Positions 28,449-37,533 of a stretch of DNA of 64,000 nucleotides are shown here, one piece after another (positions within the stretch are counted from its first letter, which is position 1; every line of letters starts with the position of its first letter). A program made the translations under genes and the position numbers. The notes below the pieces were generated by a model. That model was not told the origin of the DNA. It worked only from the letters and a program-made list of their open reading frames with translations, and ran no database searches. This stretch comes from Clostridia bacterium (GTDB lineage: Bacteria; Bacillota; Clostridia; Oscillospirales; CAG-272), in NCBI GenBank assembly GCA_017453245.1, contig JAFTKM010000018.1, forward strand, positions 10,916 to 74,915, in the 5' to 3' direction.

Positions 28449-28814
28449 ATGAATATCCTATATGATTTGTATATTAGTCTTACAGAGGAAGAATGTGGCA
28501 AGGAATATTGGACAGAACATCTTATAGGTACATTTAAGACCAAAGAAAAAGCAATTACAGCAATGAAAGAAGCTATGAGTGAGGGAAGACCATTTTCAAA
28601 ACCTGAATGTGAACCCAGAATACACGAAGTAGAGCTTATTGGAGAAATCATGGATGGTAATTCTGTATATCGCTTTTTGGGCTATAATCAGGAAGGCGAA
28701 ATGATTGAAAGTCCTTATTATGCAGAAAAGGATACAGCAATTCAAGCTTTTTTAATGAAAAAGAAAAATACTCCCGGACAAGGATGGTGTTTGAACACTT
28801 ACAAATTAGGATAA
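28449..28814 (+). CDS. Hypothetical protein, AT-rich cargo gene
   Basis: 121 aa, GAAAGG RBS, followed by a hairpin at 28840-28874. Confidence 0.6.
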   Translation: MNILYDLYISLTEEECGKEYWTEHLIGTFKTKEKAITAMKEAMSEGRPFSKPECEPRIHEVELIGEIMDGNSVYRFLGYNQEGEMIESPYYAEKDTAIQAFLMKKKNTPGQGWCLNTYKLG

Positions 28815-28900
28815 TGTTGCCCCTTTTTAATATAGAAACAACCCCGACAGACTTTTGAAAAATCTGTCGGGGTTACTCTTTGTTTACTGCAGATCAAAAT

Positions 28901-29019
28901 AGCCTTCTCCTGCGGGAGAAGGTGGCAGCCGAAGGCTGACGGATGAGGAGTCTTATTCATTTATTTCAAACACCTCATCCACCGCTTACGCGGTCCCCCT
29001 TCCCCCACTGGGGAAGGCT
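28901..29019. repeat. Inverted pair of REP-like double-hairpin units
   Basis: AGCCTTCTCC..GGAGAAGG..CAGCCGAAGGCTG..GGATGAGG and inverted CCTCATCC..ACCGCTTACGCGGT..CCTTCCCC..GGGGAAGGCT. Confidence 0.7.
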
Positions 29020-29049
29020 TTTCTATTTTACCGCTAACTGTGCACGTCG

Positions 29050-29302
29050 TTGCGCCTTGGTTTTTATTTTTTTGTGGAATGGGAGACTTGAAGTAGGAGC
29101 CGTGTAGAAAACTCTTCCGGAGGTAGCAAATAAAAACAACTGAGTGTTGTTTTTATGCAGCGAAACCGCCCAAAGCAAGGAGTTGAAGGAGGAAGCCTGC
29201 GACCGACGCTCAACGACTATGCGACGGTGGAGGACGAGTTTTCCCGGCGAACGACCAAGGCGCGCAGTTCGCGCCGCGAGTCAAGTCCTCCAGCCTCTGC
29301 CA
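29050..29302 (+). repeat. tRNA-tail repeat unit, copy 2 (right part; carries a 105-bp insertion)
   Basis: Near-identical to about 27780-27922; ends in TCAAGTCCTCCAGCCTCTGCCA (21/22 to the tRNA 3' end). Confidence 0.85.
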
Positions 29303-29359
29303 AACGAAAAAACCTTGTAAATGCTGCTTTTTCTCAGATTATTTCAGACTCGTAGCGCA

Positions 29360-29554
29360 TTACGAATTTAAAAATGCATCTATGGCTTTTTTTATTATTT
29401 GAGCCTGCGGAATATTCTCCGCCTTGCATTTCTCTTTGAACGCCTCTGCGGTCTCTTTCGGTATTCTTACGATGATCGAGTCGTACACCTTGCTATTATA
29501 GCGATTTTTTACCGCTGTAGAAGTCTTAGTTTTGCGCTTCTTCTCTTCCATCAT
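29360..29554 (-). CDS. Small ribbon-helix-helix (Arc/CopG-like) DNA-binding protein
   Basis: KTSTAVKNRYNSKVYDSIIVRIPKETAEAFK...AQIIKKAIDAFL; GGAGG RBS before ATG 29554. Confidence 0.7.
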   Translation of the reverse strand: MMEEKKRKTKTSTAVKNRYNSKVYDSIIVRIPKETAEAFKEKCKAENIPQAQIIKKAIDAFLNS

Positions 29555-29696
29555 CAAACCTCCATATACTACAAATAATATCAATTATAATCAGTATAGC
29601 ATTTGCGACAAGCGCAATACGGAGCGGTATGCTCAAGCCAAAACGTGCAACTGCGATCAAAAGAACACACATAGCAATTAAGCCAAAATTTTTCAT
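29526..29696 (-). CDS. 56-aa two-TM peptide MKNFGLIAMCVLLIAVARFGLSIPLRIALVANAILIIIDIICSIWRFDDGREEAQN
   Basis: Translated by hand; AAAGGAG upstream; overlaps the start of the RHH gene. Confidence 0.5.
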   Translation of the reverse strand: MKNFGLIAMCVLLIAVARFGLSIPLRIALVANAILIIIDIICSIWRFDDGREEAQN

Positions 29697-29702
29697 AACC
29701 TA

Positions 29703-29731
29703 TTGATTTTCTCCTTTCTTTGTGATATACT
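29703..29731 (+). promoter_or_regulatory. Sigma-A promoter firing antisense to the 34-aa peptide gene
   Basis: TTGATT-17 bp-TATACT with a TG extension; no + strand gene downstream. Confidence 0.55.
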
Positions 29732-29782
29732 GTAAATACCAAGTCCCCCGAAGGGGGAGGGGCTTTCGCCCCTCTTGGTGAC

Positions 29783-29887
29783 TCACCACCAACGAATTGC
29801 TATAATCAAAGCGGCGAGTGCAACGACGGCTTCGATTATTATTTTAGCAAGCTCGACTGTGGTGAGATTTTTTCTTTTTTGCTTCAT
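29783..29887 (-). CDS. 34-aa hydrophobic peptide MKQKRKNLTTVELAKIIIEAVVALAALIIAIRWW (type I toxin-like)
   Basis: Translated by hand; GAGGTG RBS, TGnTATAAT upstream (29914-29922), basic N-terminus, single TM helix, terminal RWW. Confidence 0.55.
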   Translation of the reverse strand: MKQKRKNLTTVELAKIIIEAVVALAALIIAIRWW

Positions 29888-29986
29888 CCTTATCACCTCA
29901 TTCTTACATATATATTATACCATACTTATTGCAGTATACCAATAGTTTTTGCAAAAAAAGTTGAAAAATATTGATATTTTTTATAA

Positions 29987-30015
29987 AAAGACCGCCCTCC
30001 GAGAAGGGCGGCTTT
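29987..30015 (-). terminator. Intrinsic terminator of GntR-ABC operon 2
   Basis: AAAGACCGCCCT-CCGAGA-AGGGCGGCTTT with the T-tract on the minus strand. Confidence 0.65.
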
Positions 30016-30024
30016 GTCATTTGC

Positions 30025-31011
30025 TTAAAGCGAAAGAATTAAGATAAGAATTCCTGATAGGATCCACATTGCCGAGGCGCCGATAAGCACGTAGGCGCAG
30101 ATCTTTTCCTCCGCTTTTTTCTTTATCGCGATAATTATACCGAAGGTGAGTGGAGCGAGCGGTATGATCACACCCAGGATAAGCGTGATCGAGAGGACGG
30201 TGCTCAGGGCTTCCTCGCGTGTTATCTCCTCCTCGGGCTCCTCGTAAAGCTCAGACTCGGACGTGTAGGTGTATTCGTCTCCGTATTCCACCATATTCCC
30301 GAGCTTCTCGGCGAAGGCATTTGCGATATCTCCCTCCAGCGGGTACATTGTCACCTTACCTCTGCCAAAGGAGAAATCTCCGTAGCTGTCAAAGTAGTTG
30401 TTTCCGAGCTCGTCGTAGTTGACGTAATACATAGCCTCGTTATACTCGTATATCGCGCCGTAGGTTCTTGCAAGGGTATCGTCCGCCGCAAAGAACACCA
30501 CGTCGTGACAGACCGCAGACTTGAGTCTTCTGACCTCGAGCTCAATTGCGTTTTCGCTGAGTGAGTCGAGCTCGTTTACAAAGCTCATATCTATCTCGAC
30601 GGCATATGAGCTATGGTATGAATAATCAACGATTCGGATTTTCGAGGCGCCGCCTGAAAGAAAGCTGTCGAGATCGGCTTTGTCATTCTCTCCCGCAACG
30701 TATGCGGTGAGCCCGAGACTGCCGTGATATAAGTAGCGTATACCCGAGTCAAATCGGCTCGCTCTGACGTAGTATAGCTCGTCGTATGCTTCCACCTCAT
30801 TGAAATATCTTACGTGACCGTTTTCAAGCCTCATTCCGAGGGGCAGCTCGTCGTATCTCTGGAAGGTTGTCACACCGTCGGAAAGAGACTGCATATCCTC
30901 GCTCAGCTCCCACTTGACGTAATCGTTCTCAACGACTGTTTCTCCGCAACCCGAAAGGGCAAGAAGCATAAGAGCGGTGAGGAGCAAAACGCATAATAAT
31001 CTTTTTTTCAT
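30025..31011 (-). CDS. Lipoprotein with two C-terminal TM helices
   Basis: MKKRLL...LALSGC lipobox; last gene of the GntR-ABC operon; start at ATG 31011 after AGGAGG. Confidence 0.7.
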   Translation of the reverse strand: MKKRLLCVLLLTALMLLALSGCGETVVENDYVKWELSEDMQSLSDGVTTFQRYDELPLGMRLENGHVRYFNEVEAYDELYYVRASRFDSGIRYLYHGSLGLTAYVAGENDKADLDSFLSGGASKIRIVDYSYHSSYAVEIDMSFVNELDSLSENAIELEVRRLKSAVCHDVVFFAADDTLARTYGAIYEYNEAMYYVNYDELGNNYFDSYGDFSFGRGKVTMYPLEGDIANAFAEKLGNMVEYGDEYTYTSESELYEEPEEEITREEALSTVLSITLILGVIIPLAPLTFGIIIAIKKKAEEKICAYVLIGASAMWILSGILILILSL

Positions 31012-31024
31012 TTTTTCTCCTCCT

Positions 31025-31870
31025 TTACGCAAGATTAAGCTTGTTTTTGATGATATTCAGATTGTCGTAATAGAGGCTGACGTTGACGATCGTTGCCGCC
31101 ATATTCAGAATATTCATCGTAAGCAGTAATACCGCAAGTGATTCAAGGTCACTGAGAGTCCCCAGGATGGCAACCGCATCTGTATACGATATGATAGTGC
31201 CGATAATTACCATAAGAGGGATGAAGAGAAGACCGAATCCAAAGTATATGAGGATTCCGATGATTATCTTCTTCGTGATCTTCTTACCCTTATTACTCTC
31301 ATTAGTTCTGTTTGCGAATGAGAAGCAGGCGAGTATTATCGTGACGGTTATCTCAATTGCCATGATAATGAACTCCAAAATCAGTATCATAGAGAGAATA
31401 CCGCCATCCGCCCAGGCTTCCTTGAGTCCCTCGCCTATGATAACGAAGAATGAGCGAAGCGCCGTGCTGTCTCCGTCGGGCACGAAGGAGAGGAATATAA
31501 GTATTGATATCATAGCCACCGCAAATGTCGCGGCGAAGCTTATGAAGGTGGCTAAAAGCTTGGAGTTAAGGAGTGTCGAGCGCTTGACCGGAAGCGTAAA
31601 CGTCAGATACGCCTCATCGGTACGGAAATTAAGGTAAAATCTGCGCACACCCGCCCCTATTCCGTATATAAGGTATCCGCAAGTCAAAGTGAAGTACAGA
31701 GCAATGCAGATCACCGCCAGCGTGGCAAAGAGCTCGTTTTCCACGCTATCCGAGATCATCATTCCCATAGATATTCCCGCAGGCGCGGAGAGAGTAATGA
31801 TCGCCGTGGACAGCACCGACCAGATAAACAGCAGGGATTTAAGATCATATTTCAAGCATTTCTTCAGCAT
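31025..31870 (-). CDS. ABC transporter permease
   Basis: MLKKCLKYDLK, DEAYLTFTLPVKR..LL.SKL motif, six TM. Confidence 0.8.
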   Translation of the reverse strand: MLKKCLKYDLKSLLFIWSVLSTAIITLSAPAGISMGMMISDSVENELFATLAVICIALYFTLTCGYLIYGIGAGVRRFYLNFRTDEAYLTFTLPVKRSTLLNSKLLATFISFAATFAVAMISILIFLSFVPDGDSTALRSFFVIIGEGLKEAWADGGILSMILILEFIIMAIEITVTIILACFSFANRTNESNKGKKITKKIIIGILIYFGFGLLFIPLMVIIGTIISYTDAVAILGTLSDLESLAVLLLTMNILNMAATIVNVSLYYDNLNIIKNKLNLA

Positions 31871-32574
31871 CTGAACTCCTCCCTGAACAATTCGTCAAGC
31901 GTCTTTCCCGTGGCCTCTCTTACCGTATCCGCGTTACCCATACGCACGATCTCGCCTCCGTAGGTCATAAATGCGAAGTCGTCGAGCACGGGCTCAATGT
32001 CCGCGATAAGGTGAGTCGTGATGATGATCGACGCCTCGGGATTGTAGTTTGTGATAATGGTGTTGAGTATATACTCGCGTGAGGCGGGGTCAACACCGCC
32101 GATAGGCTCGTCGAGGAGGTAGAGCCTCGTCTTTCTCGACATAACCATTATGAGCTGTACCTTTTCCTTCATACCCTTGGACAAGGTCTTGAGCTTTGCA
32201 TCGAGAGGAATGTGCAGATCGTTCAGCATCTTACACGCGACCTCGGAGTCAAAGTCCTCGTAGAAGTCAGAGAAGAGCGAGATGAGCTCGTTAACTCTCG
32301 AGCGCGAGTCAAAGTAGGTGCGCTCGGGGAGCAGGGAGATGTAAGCATTCGAGTTTTCGCTTCTTTCCTCTCCGCAGATTTCGATTTTGCCGCCGTCGGG
32401 CACGAGGAGTCCCGACACAAGCTTTAAAAACGTGGATTTACCGCATCCGTTAGGGCCGAGCAGACCGACGATGCGTCCGGGCTCAATAGTGAGATCAAAG
32501 TTCCGGAGAACAGGCTTTCCCGGCTTGTAAGCCTTACATAGGTTCTCACACTTAAGTACGGGGGTGTTACTCAT
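31864..32574 (-). CDS. ABC transporter ATP-binding protein
   Basis: GPNGCGKST, LSKGMKEK, LLDEPIGGVD, ITTH. Confidence 0.92.
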   Translation of the reverse strand: MSNTPVLKCENLCKAYKPGKPVLRNFDLTIEPGRIVGLLGPNGCGKSTFLKLVSGLLVPDGGKIEICGEERSENSNAYISLLPERTYFDSRSRVNELISLFSDFYEDFDSEVACKMLNDLHIPLDAKLKTLSKGMKEKVQLIMVMSRKTRLYLLDEPIGGVDPASREYILNTIITNYNPEASIIITTHLIADIEPVLDDFAFMTYGGEIVRMGNADTVREATGKTLDELFREEFRC

Positions 32575-32935
32575 CTATATTCCATCCTTTCTCTATACTT
32601 TTTATCAGCTCGTTCATATCGAGCGACATATTTTTTGCTTCTTTGATAATATTTGACGTGAAGCTCCGAAGCGCCTTACGTCTTGCTTCGTCCAGCACAG
32701 CCCCATCATCGGTCACTGTCCGTCCGTTGGTGCTGTTGGTTATCAGGAGTCCTTCCTTTTCAAGGAGCACCAGCGCCTTTTGCATGGTGTTCGGGTTGAC
32801 ACCTGCATCGTAGGCAAGCTGTCTTACGGTGGGGAAGGGGCCGCCGCTTTCATATACACCCTTGAGTATATCGGCGCGTATTCTGTCAACGATCTGTACG
32901 GTCAGGGCAAGTCCCGGCCGGAATTTCCAAGCCAT
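32567..32935 (-). CDS. GntR-family regulator (YtrA subfamily)
   Basis: FPTVRQLAYDAGVNPNTMQKAL..LEKEGL. Confidence 0.9.
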   Translation of the reverse strand: MAWKFRPGLALTVQIVDRIRADILKGVYESGGPFPTVRQLAYDAGVNPNTMQKALVLLEKEGLLITNSTNGRTVTDDGAVLDEARRKALRSFTSNIIKEAKNMSLDMNELIKSIEKGWNIDE

Positions 32936-32953
32936 ATATCTCTCCTTTCTCTC

Positions 32954-32996
32954 GTTGTACTACTTAAATAATACAACAATATACACACCATGTCAA
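32954..32996 (-). promoter_or_regulatory. Promoter with an overlapping YtrA-type operator palindrome
   Basis: GTTGTACTACTTAAATAATACAAC (TGTA..TACA) overlaps the -10 of TTGACA-17 bp-TATTAT on the minus strand. Confidence 0.6.
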
Positions 32997-33122
32997 TATT
33001 GTGGCACAAGAATTCATACATTTTAACATTTCATAAACAATTCCGAAAAACATTTTATACATTTGTACGCTAAAATATATGTCAGAACTCTTAATATCTG
33101 CATTTGATTCTCGGAGGATGAA

Positions 33123-34703
33123 ATGAAAAGGAAGTACAAGGTAAACACGGGAAGGGAAGTTATCGAGCGAGAGTATAACTACATACCCGTCAGATACATA
33201 ATCGCGGTGCTTATCGCCATAGCGGAGATAGCCGCTATTATCGGCATCGTTATCGCGCTTTGCTACTACGTTCCGTACTTTTACACTCTTTGCGCCATAA
33301 CCACCGCCGCCTGCGTTATAAGGATATGCGCATCGGACGATAACCCCGACTACAAGATACCGTGGCTCATCTGCGTTATCTGCATTCCCATCGCGGGCTT
33401 TATGCTCTACTTTATGTTCTATTCAAGAAAGCTCAGCAAAAGATACATAAAGCGTATCAAGGAGGTCCAGTCGTTTAATTACGAGAGGGATGACGAGGAT
33501 ATTCTCTCCGAGATAGCAAGGGAGGATGAGTCTGCCGCATCGCAGGCAAGGATGCTGAGCAGCATTTCTTATTCCCACGTTTTCCGTGATACGAGACAGA
33601 CCTATTTCCCATCGGGCGAGGCTATGTGGGAGTCGATGCTCCGCGATCTTGAGAGCGCCGAGAGCTTTATATTTATGGAGTACTTTATTATCGAGGAGGG
33701 CGTCTTCTGGAACTCCATTCTTGATATACTGAAGCGTAAGGCAAAGGCGGGAGTCGACGTCAGAGTAATGTACGATGATATCGGATGCATGAGCACTCTG
33801 CCCGGAGATTACAATAAAATTCTCGAAAAAGATGGAATTAAGTCGGTTATTTTCTCCAAGCTCCGCGGTAGCGCGGACAACGAGTTCAACAATCGCTCGC
33901 ACCGCAAGATACTCGTTGTCGACGGTAAGATAGGATACACCGGAGGAGTCAATATTGCCGACGAATACGTCAACAAGACCGTCCGCTTCGGCCATTGGAA
34001 GGACACCGCTATCCGTATCGAGGGCGAGGGCGTCTATGAGCTGACAAAGCTGTTTCTCTCAAGCTTCGGACTTAACTCTAAGGACCTGCCGAGCATTCCC
34101 GAGAACGCCTATCCCGAGTGTGAGACGATGGGCGCGGGCGGATATCTGATCCCATTCGGCGACGGACCTAAGCCGATATACAAGCGTAACGTTGCCAAAT
34201 GCGCGATACAGAATATGATAGCCACAGCCACCGACTACGTTTATATGACGACGCCTTATCTTATCATAGACAACGACCTCTGCGCCGACATCGAGCGTGC
34301 CGCCCTTCGCAGAGTTGACGTCAGGATAGTTGTGCCTCACGTGCCCGACAAGAAGCTTGTCTTTGCCATAACTCGCAGCTTCTACTCAAGGCTTATGGAT
34401 GCGGGAGTGAAGATATATGAGTATGAGCCGGGCTTCATCCACGCCAAGAGCTACGTTGCCGACGGCAAATACGCTATGATCGGTACTGTCAATCTCGACT
34501 ACCGCAGTCTTGTCCACCACTTTGAGAACGGCATCTGGATGTACAAGACAGAGTCCATAGCCGACATCAAGGCGGACATCGATGAAACGGTAGAGAAGTG
34601 TATAGAGATCACTCCCGAGGTACTTGCCAAGAGCATTAATTCGAGATTCCTCACACCCAAGGTCATCCACGCGATAGTAAGAATTTTTGCTCCGATGCTG
34701 TAA
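33123..34703 (+). CDS. cls: Cardiolipin synthase
   Basis: N-terminal TM region; two PLD HKD motifs, HRKILVVDG..GYTGGVN and HAKSYVADG...IGTVNLDYRS. Confidence 0.92.
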   Translation: MKRKYKVNTGREVIEREYNYIPVRYIIAVLIAIAEIAAIIGIVIALCYYVPYFYTLCAITTAACVIRICASDDNPDYKIPWLICVICIPIAGFMLYFMFYSRKLSKRYIKRIKEVQSFNYERDDEDILSEIAREDESAASQARMLSSISYSHVFRDTRQTYFPSGEAMWESMLRDLESAESFIFMEYFIIEEGVFWNSILDILKRKAKAGVDVRVMYDDIGCMSTLPGDYNKILEKDGIKSVIFSKLRGSADNEFNNRSHRKILVVDGKIGYTGGVNIADEYVNKTVRFGHWKDTAIRIEGEGVYELTKLFLSSFGLNSKDLPSIPENAYPECETMGAGGYLIPFGDGPKPIYKRNVAKCAIQNMIATATDYVYMTTPYLIIDNDLCADIERAALRRVDVRIVVPHVPDKKLVFAITRSFYSRLMDAGVKIYEYEPGFIHAKSYVADGKYAMIGTVNLDYRSLVHHFENGIWMYKTESIADIKADIDETVEKCIEITPEVLAKSINSRFLTPKVIHAIVRIFAPML

Positions 34704-34892
34704 AATTTTGATTTTATAAACAAAATTTAAACATTTATATGCTATACTATATACGTCACGGTGGGAAAAAGCGCCCCTGTGGCGTATATTGCATTTTAAC
34801 CCTTAGTAAGAGAGAATGATGCGGATCGACTCTGAAGCGTGAGCTTTCGGCGCTTTCGGCGCTTGTCTTTCTTGCAAGGTTACGGAGGAAAT

Positions 34893-35564
34893 ATGTTTAA
34901 GATTCTTGTAGTAGAGGACGACAGAGACCTCAATCGCTCGGTCTGTACCTTCCTTAATAACAGCGGCTACGAGGCTACCGGATGCCTTTCTGCCGACGAG
35001 GCATACGACGCAATGTATGAGACCGTTTTTGACCTCATTGTTTCGGATATTATGATGCCCGGCACGGACGGATACGAGTTTGCCCGCTCTGTAAGAGCCA
35101 TAAACGAGACTATCCCTATGCTCTTTATGACCGCGCGCGACGATATCGCCTCAAAGCAGCGCAGCTTCCGCATAGGCGTTGACGACTATATGGTAAAGCC
35201 CATTGACTTTGACGAGCTCTTCCTTCGCATAGGAGCGCTTCTCAGGCGAGCAAAGATCTCCGCCTCGCGTAAGCTTGAGGTCGGCTCGTTCGTTATGGAT
35301 ATGGACGAGTTCTCCGCGACGCTTGACGGTGAGGAGATACCCATGACCACAAGGGAGTTCAACATACTCTATAAGCTCCTTTCTTACCCAAAAAAGACCT
35401 TTACCCGCACACAGCTTATGGACGAGTTCTGGGATGCAGACTCAGAGACCGCGCCCCGTGCCGTTGACGTATATATGACCAAGCTCCGCGCAAAGCTTGC
35501 GGAGTGCCGTGACTTTGAGATAGTGACCGTTCACGGTCTTGGCTATAAGGTGGTAATCAAATGA
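34893..35564 (+). CDS. OmpR-family response regulator (HssR-like, paralog of 15108)
   Basis: ILVVEDD, SDIMMPGTDG, GVDDYMVKP, REFNILYKLLSYPKKTFTRTQLMDEFW; start at ATG 34893 after GGAGG. Confidence 0.9.
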   Translation: MFKILVVEDDRDLNRSVCTFLNNSGYEATGCLSADEAYDAMYETVFDLIVSDIMMPGTDGYEFARSVRAINETIPMLFMTARDDIASKQRSFRIGVDDYMVKPIDFDELFLRIGALLRRAKISASRKLEVGSFVMDMDEFSATLDGEEIPMTTREFNILYKLLSYPKKTFTRTQLMDEFWDADSETAPRAVDVYMTKLRAKLAECRDFEIVTVHGLGYKVVIK

Positions 35565-36631
35565 AGTACTCAGAAAGGTACAAGTCCGCCTTAAAGCTGC
35601 TTGGACGGTATTTACTTTTCCTTGCCGTTGTCGCATTTCCGATCACCTGCACGATCATGCTTTTCGTACAGACGATGGCGCGTACTCAGGACATCATACT
35701 CGATGCCGAAGGCATCGGTGCGGCCGCAAAGCTCGGACTTCTCAACGTAGTAGTCATCAGCATTCTTTTCTTCGTTGTGGATATTATACGCAAGAAGCTT
35801 ACCACGGATAAAACCATAAAGCATATAGTTGACGCGTCAAAGAGAATATCCGAGGGTGATTTTACCACAAAGGTAGAGCCCCTGCCGCCATTCCTCTCCG
35901 ACCCCAGATTTAACGAAATTATTGATTGTATCAATAAGCTTGCCGTTGAGCTCTCGGGAGTTGAGACTCTCAGGACCGACTTTATCGCCAACGTCTCGCA
36001 CGAGATAAAGACGCCTCTTGCCGTGATACGCAACTACGCCTCACTCCTCGAGGACGAGAGTCTCAGCTATGAGAAGCGCCTTGAGTATGCGGGCGCTATC
36101 AAGGACTCGACAAGACGTCTTTCGGATATGATAACGAATATTCTGAAGCTCAACCGACTTGAGAATCAGCAGATATATCCTAAGCGTGAGTCCTACGACC
36201 TCTCCGAGCAGCTCTGCGAGTGTCTGCTCGTCTATGAGAACGTCTGGGAGAGAAAGAATATCGAGATCGAGACTGACATCGATGACTCGGTCACCGTCTC
36301 GCAGGATTCGGAGCTCCTTTCTCTCGTTTGGAATAACCTCCTCTCCAACGCGTTCAAGTTTACCGAGGAGGGCGGCGCGGTTTCCGTCAGCCTTAAGACA
36401 ACCGACACTCACGCGAGTATCGTGATAAGAGATACCGGCGCGGGTATGTCGCGCGAGGTAGGCGAGCGCATCTTCGACAAATTCTATCAGGGCGACAGCT
36501 CGCACGCCACGGAGGGCAACGGTCTTGGTCTCGCTCTTGTAAAGCGTGTTATCGATATCGTTGACGGTGAAATATCCGTCGACAGCATACAAGGCAAGGG
36601 AACAGCCTTTACCGTCAGAATAGCGAGGTAA
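35561..36631 (+). CDS. Sensor histidine kinase (HssS-like)
   Basis: VSHEIKTP, NLLSNAFKF, FYQGDSSHATEGNGLGL. Confidence 0.9.
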   Translation: MKYSERYKSALKLLGRYLLFLAVVAFPITCTIMLFVQTMARTQDIILDAEGIGAAAKLGLLNVVVISILFFVVDIIRKKLTTDKTIKHIVDASKRISEGDFTTKVEPLPPFLSDPRFNEIIDCINKLAVELSGVETLRTDFIANVSHEIKTPLAVIRNYASLLEDESLSYEKRLEYAGAIKDSTRRLSDMITNILKLNRLENQQIYPKRESYDLSEQLCECLLVYENVWERKNIEIETDIDDSVTVSQDSELLSLVWNNLLSNAFKFTEEGGAVSVSLKTTDTHASIVIRDTGAGMSREVGERIFDKFYQGDSSHATEGNGLGLALVKRVIDIVDGEISVDSIQGKGTAFTVRIAR

Positions 36632-36633
36632 AA

Positions 36634-37533
36634 ATGAATTCGGAAAAAGCAAAGAAAATACTAAAAGCGTTTCTTTATCCGCATATTGCGATAATGATAG
36701 TGCTGTTCATTGTCAGCATAGTGCTTCTTATTCTGTCCTTCCTTATTTTTGATACCGCATCGGTCGGCGCTATAATCTCCTACGTTGTCTCTGCATACAC
36801 ACTCACCGTCTGGTGCTTCCGTATTCCCGAGATAATTACCGCGGTAAAGAAATTCAAGGAAAATAACAGATTTATCTCAAGATGGCAAAGCGACGAGAGA
36901 TTCAGGATAAACGTCTCTCTTTTCTCAACCTTTGCCTTGAATATCGTTTTCGCCGTATTCCAGCTTGTTCTCGGTATAGATCACGGCTCATTCTGGTATT
37001 ATTCTCTGGCGGCATACTACGCTTGCCTTGCTTGCCTCAGGATATCCTTGTTCAAGTATACGGGCAGCCGTCTGGCGGGCGAGGATATGCGCACGGAGCT
37101 TATTAAGTACCGCATCTGCGGATGGGTATTTCTTTTTATGAACCTTGCGATAACCCTGATCATCTTCTTTATGATCTACTTCGGCAGGACCTTCGTTCAT
37201 CACGAGATAACAACGATCGCGATAGCCGCGTACACCTTCATTGCCGTGCCGCTTGCCATTGTCAACGCGGTCAGATATAAAAAATACAACAGTCCCGTCT
37301 ACTCTGCCGCGAGGGCAATATCTCTCGCCGCGGCGGCCGTATCGATACTCACTCTCGAGTCTACGATGCTTACAACGTTCGGCGGGGAAGACCTTACCGC
37401 GGAGGGCAGAAGATTAATGCTTGCGCTTACCGGAGCGGCAGTCTCTGCCTTTATCATAGGTATGGCAATATATATCATTTACACAAGCACAAAGAAATTA
37501 AGACAACTTAAGGGAAATATAAATAATGGATAA
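36634..37533 (+). CDS. Hypothetical multi-TM membrane protein
   Basis: About 8 TM helices; 2 bp after the kinase stop. Confidence 0.75.
   Translation: MNSEKAKKILKAFLYPHIAIMIVLFIVSIVLLILSFLIFDTASVGAIISYVVSAYTLTVWCFRIPEIITAVKKFKENNRFISRWQSDERFRINVSLFSTFALNIVFAVFQLVLGIDHGSFWYYSLAAYYACLACLRISLFKYTGSRLAGEDMRTELIKYRICGWVFLFMNLAITLIIFFMIYFGRTFVHHEITTIAIAAYTFIAVPLAIVNAVRYKKYNSPVYSAARAISLAAAAVSILTLESTMLTTFGGEDLTAEGRRLMLALTGAAVSAFIIGMAIYIIYTSTKKLRQLKGNINNG

Noticed and set aside
27986-28651. 221-aa minus-strand ORF (also 27654-27935 and 29155-29355)
   Set aside because: They run through the tRNA, REP and ladder repeats or lie antisense to a better-supported ORF.
27762-29302. Prophage or ICE integrated at tRNA-Trp
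   Set aside because: The att-like duplications enclose only about 1.5 kb with no integrase, phage or conjugation genes.
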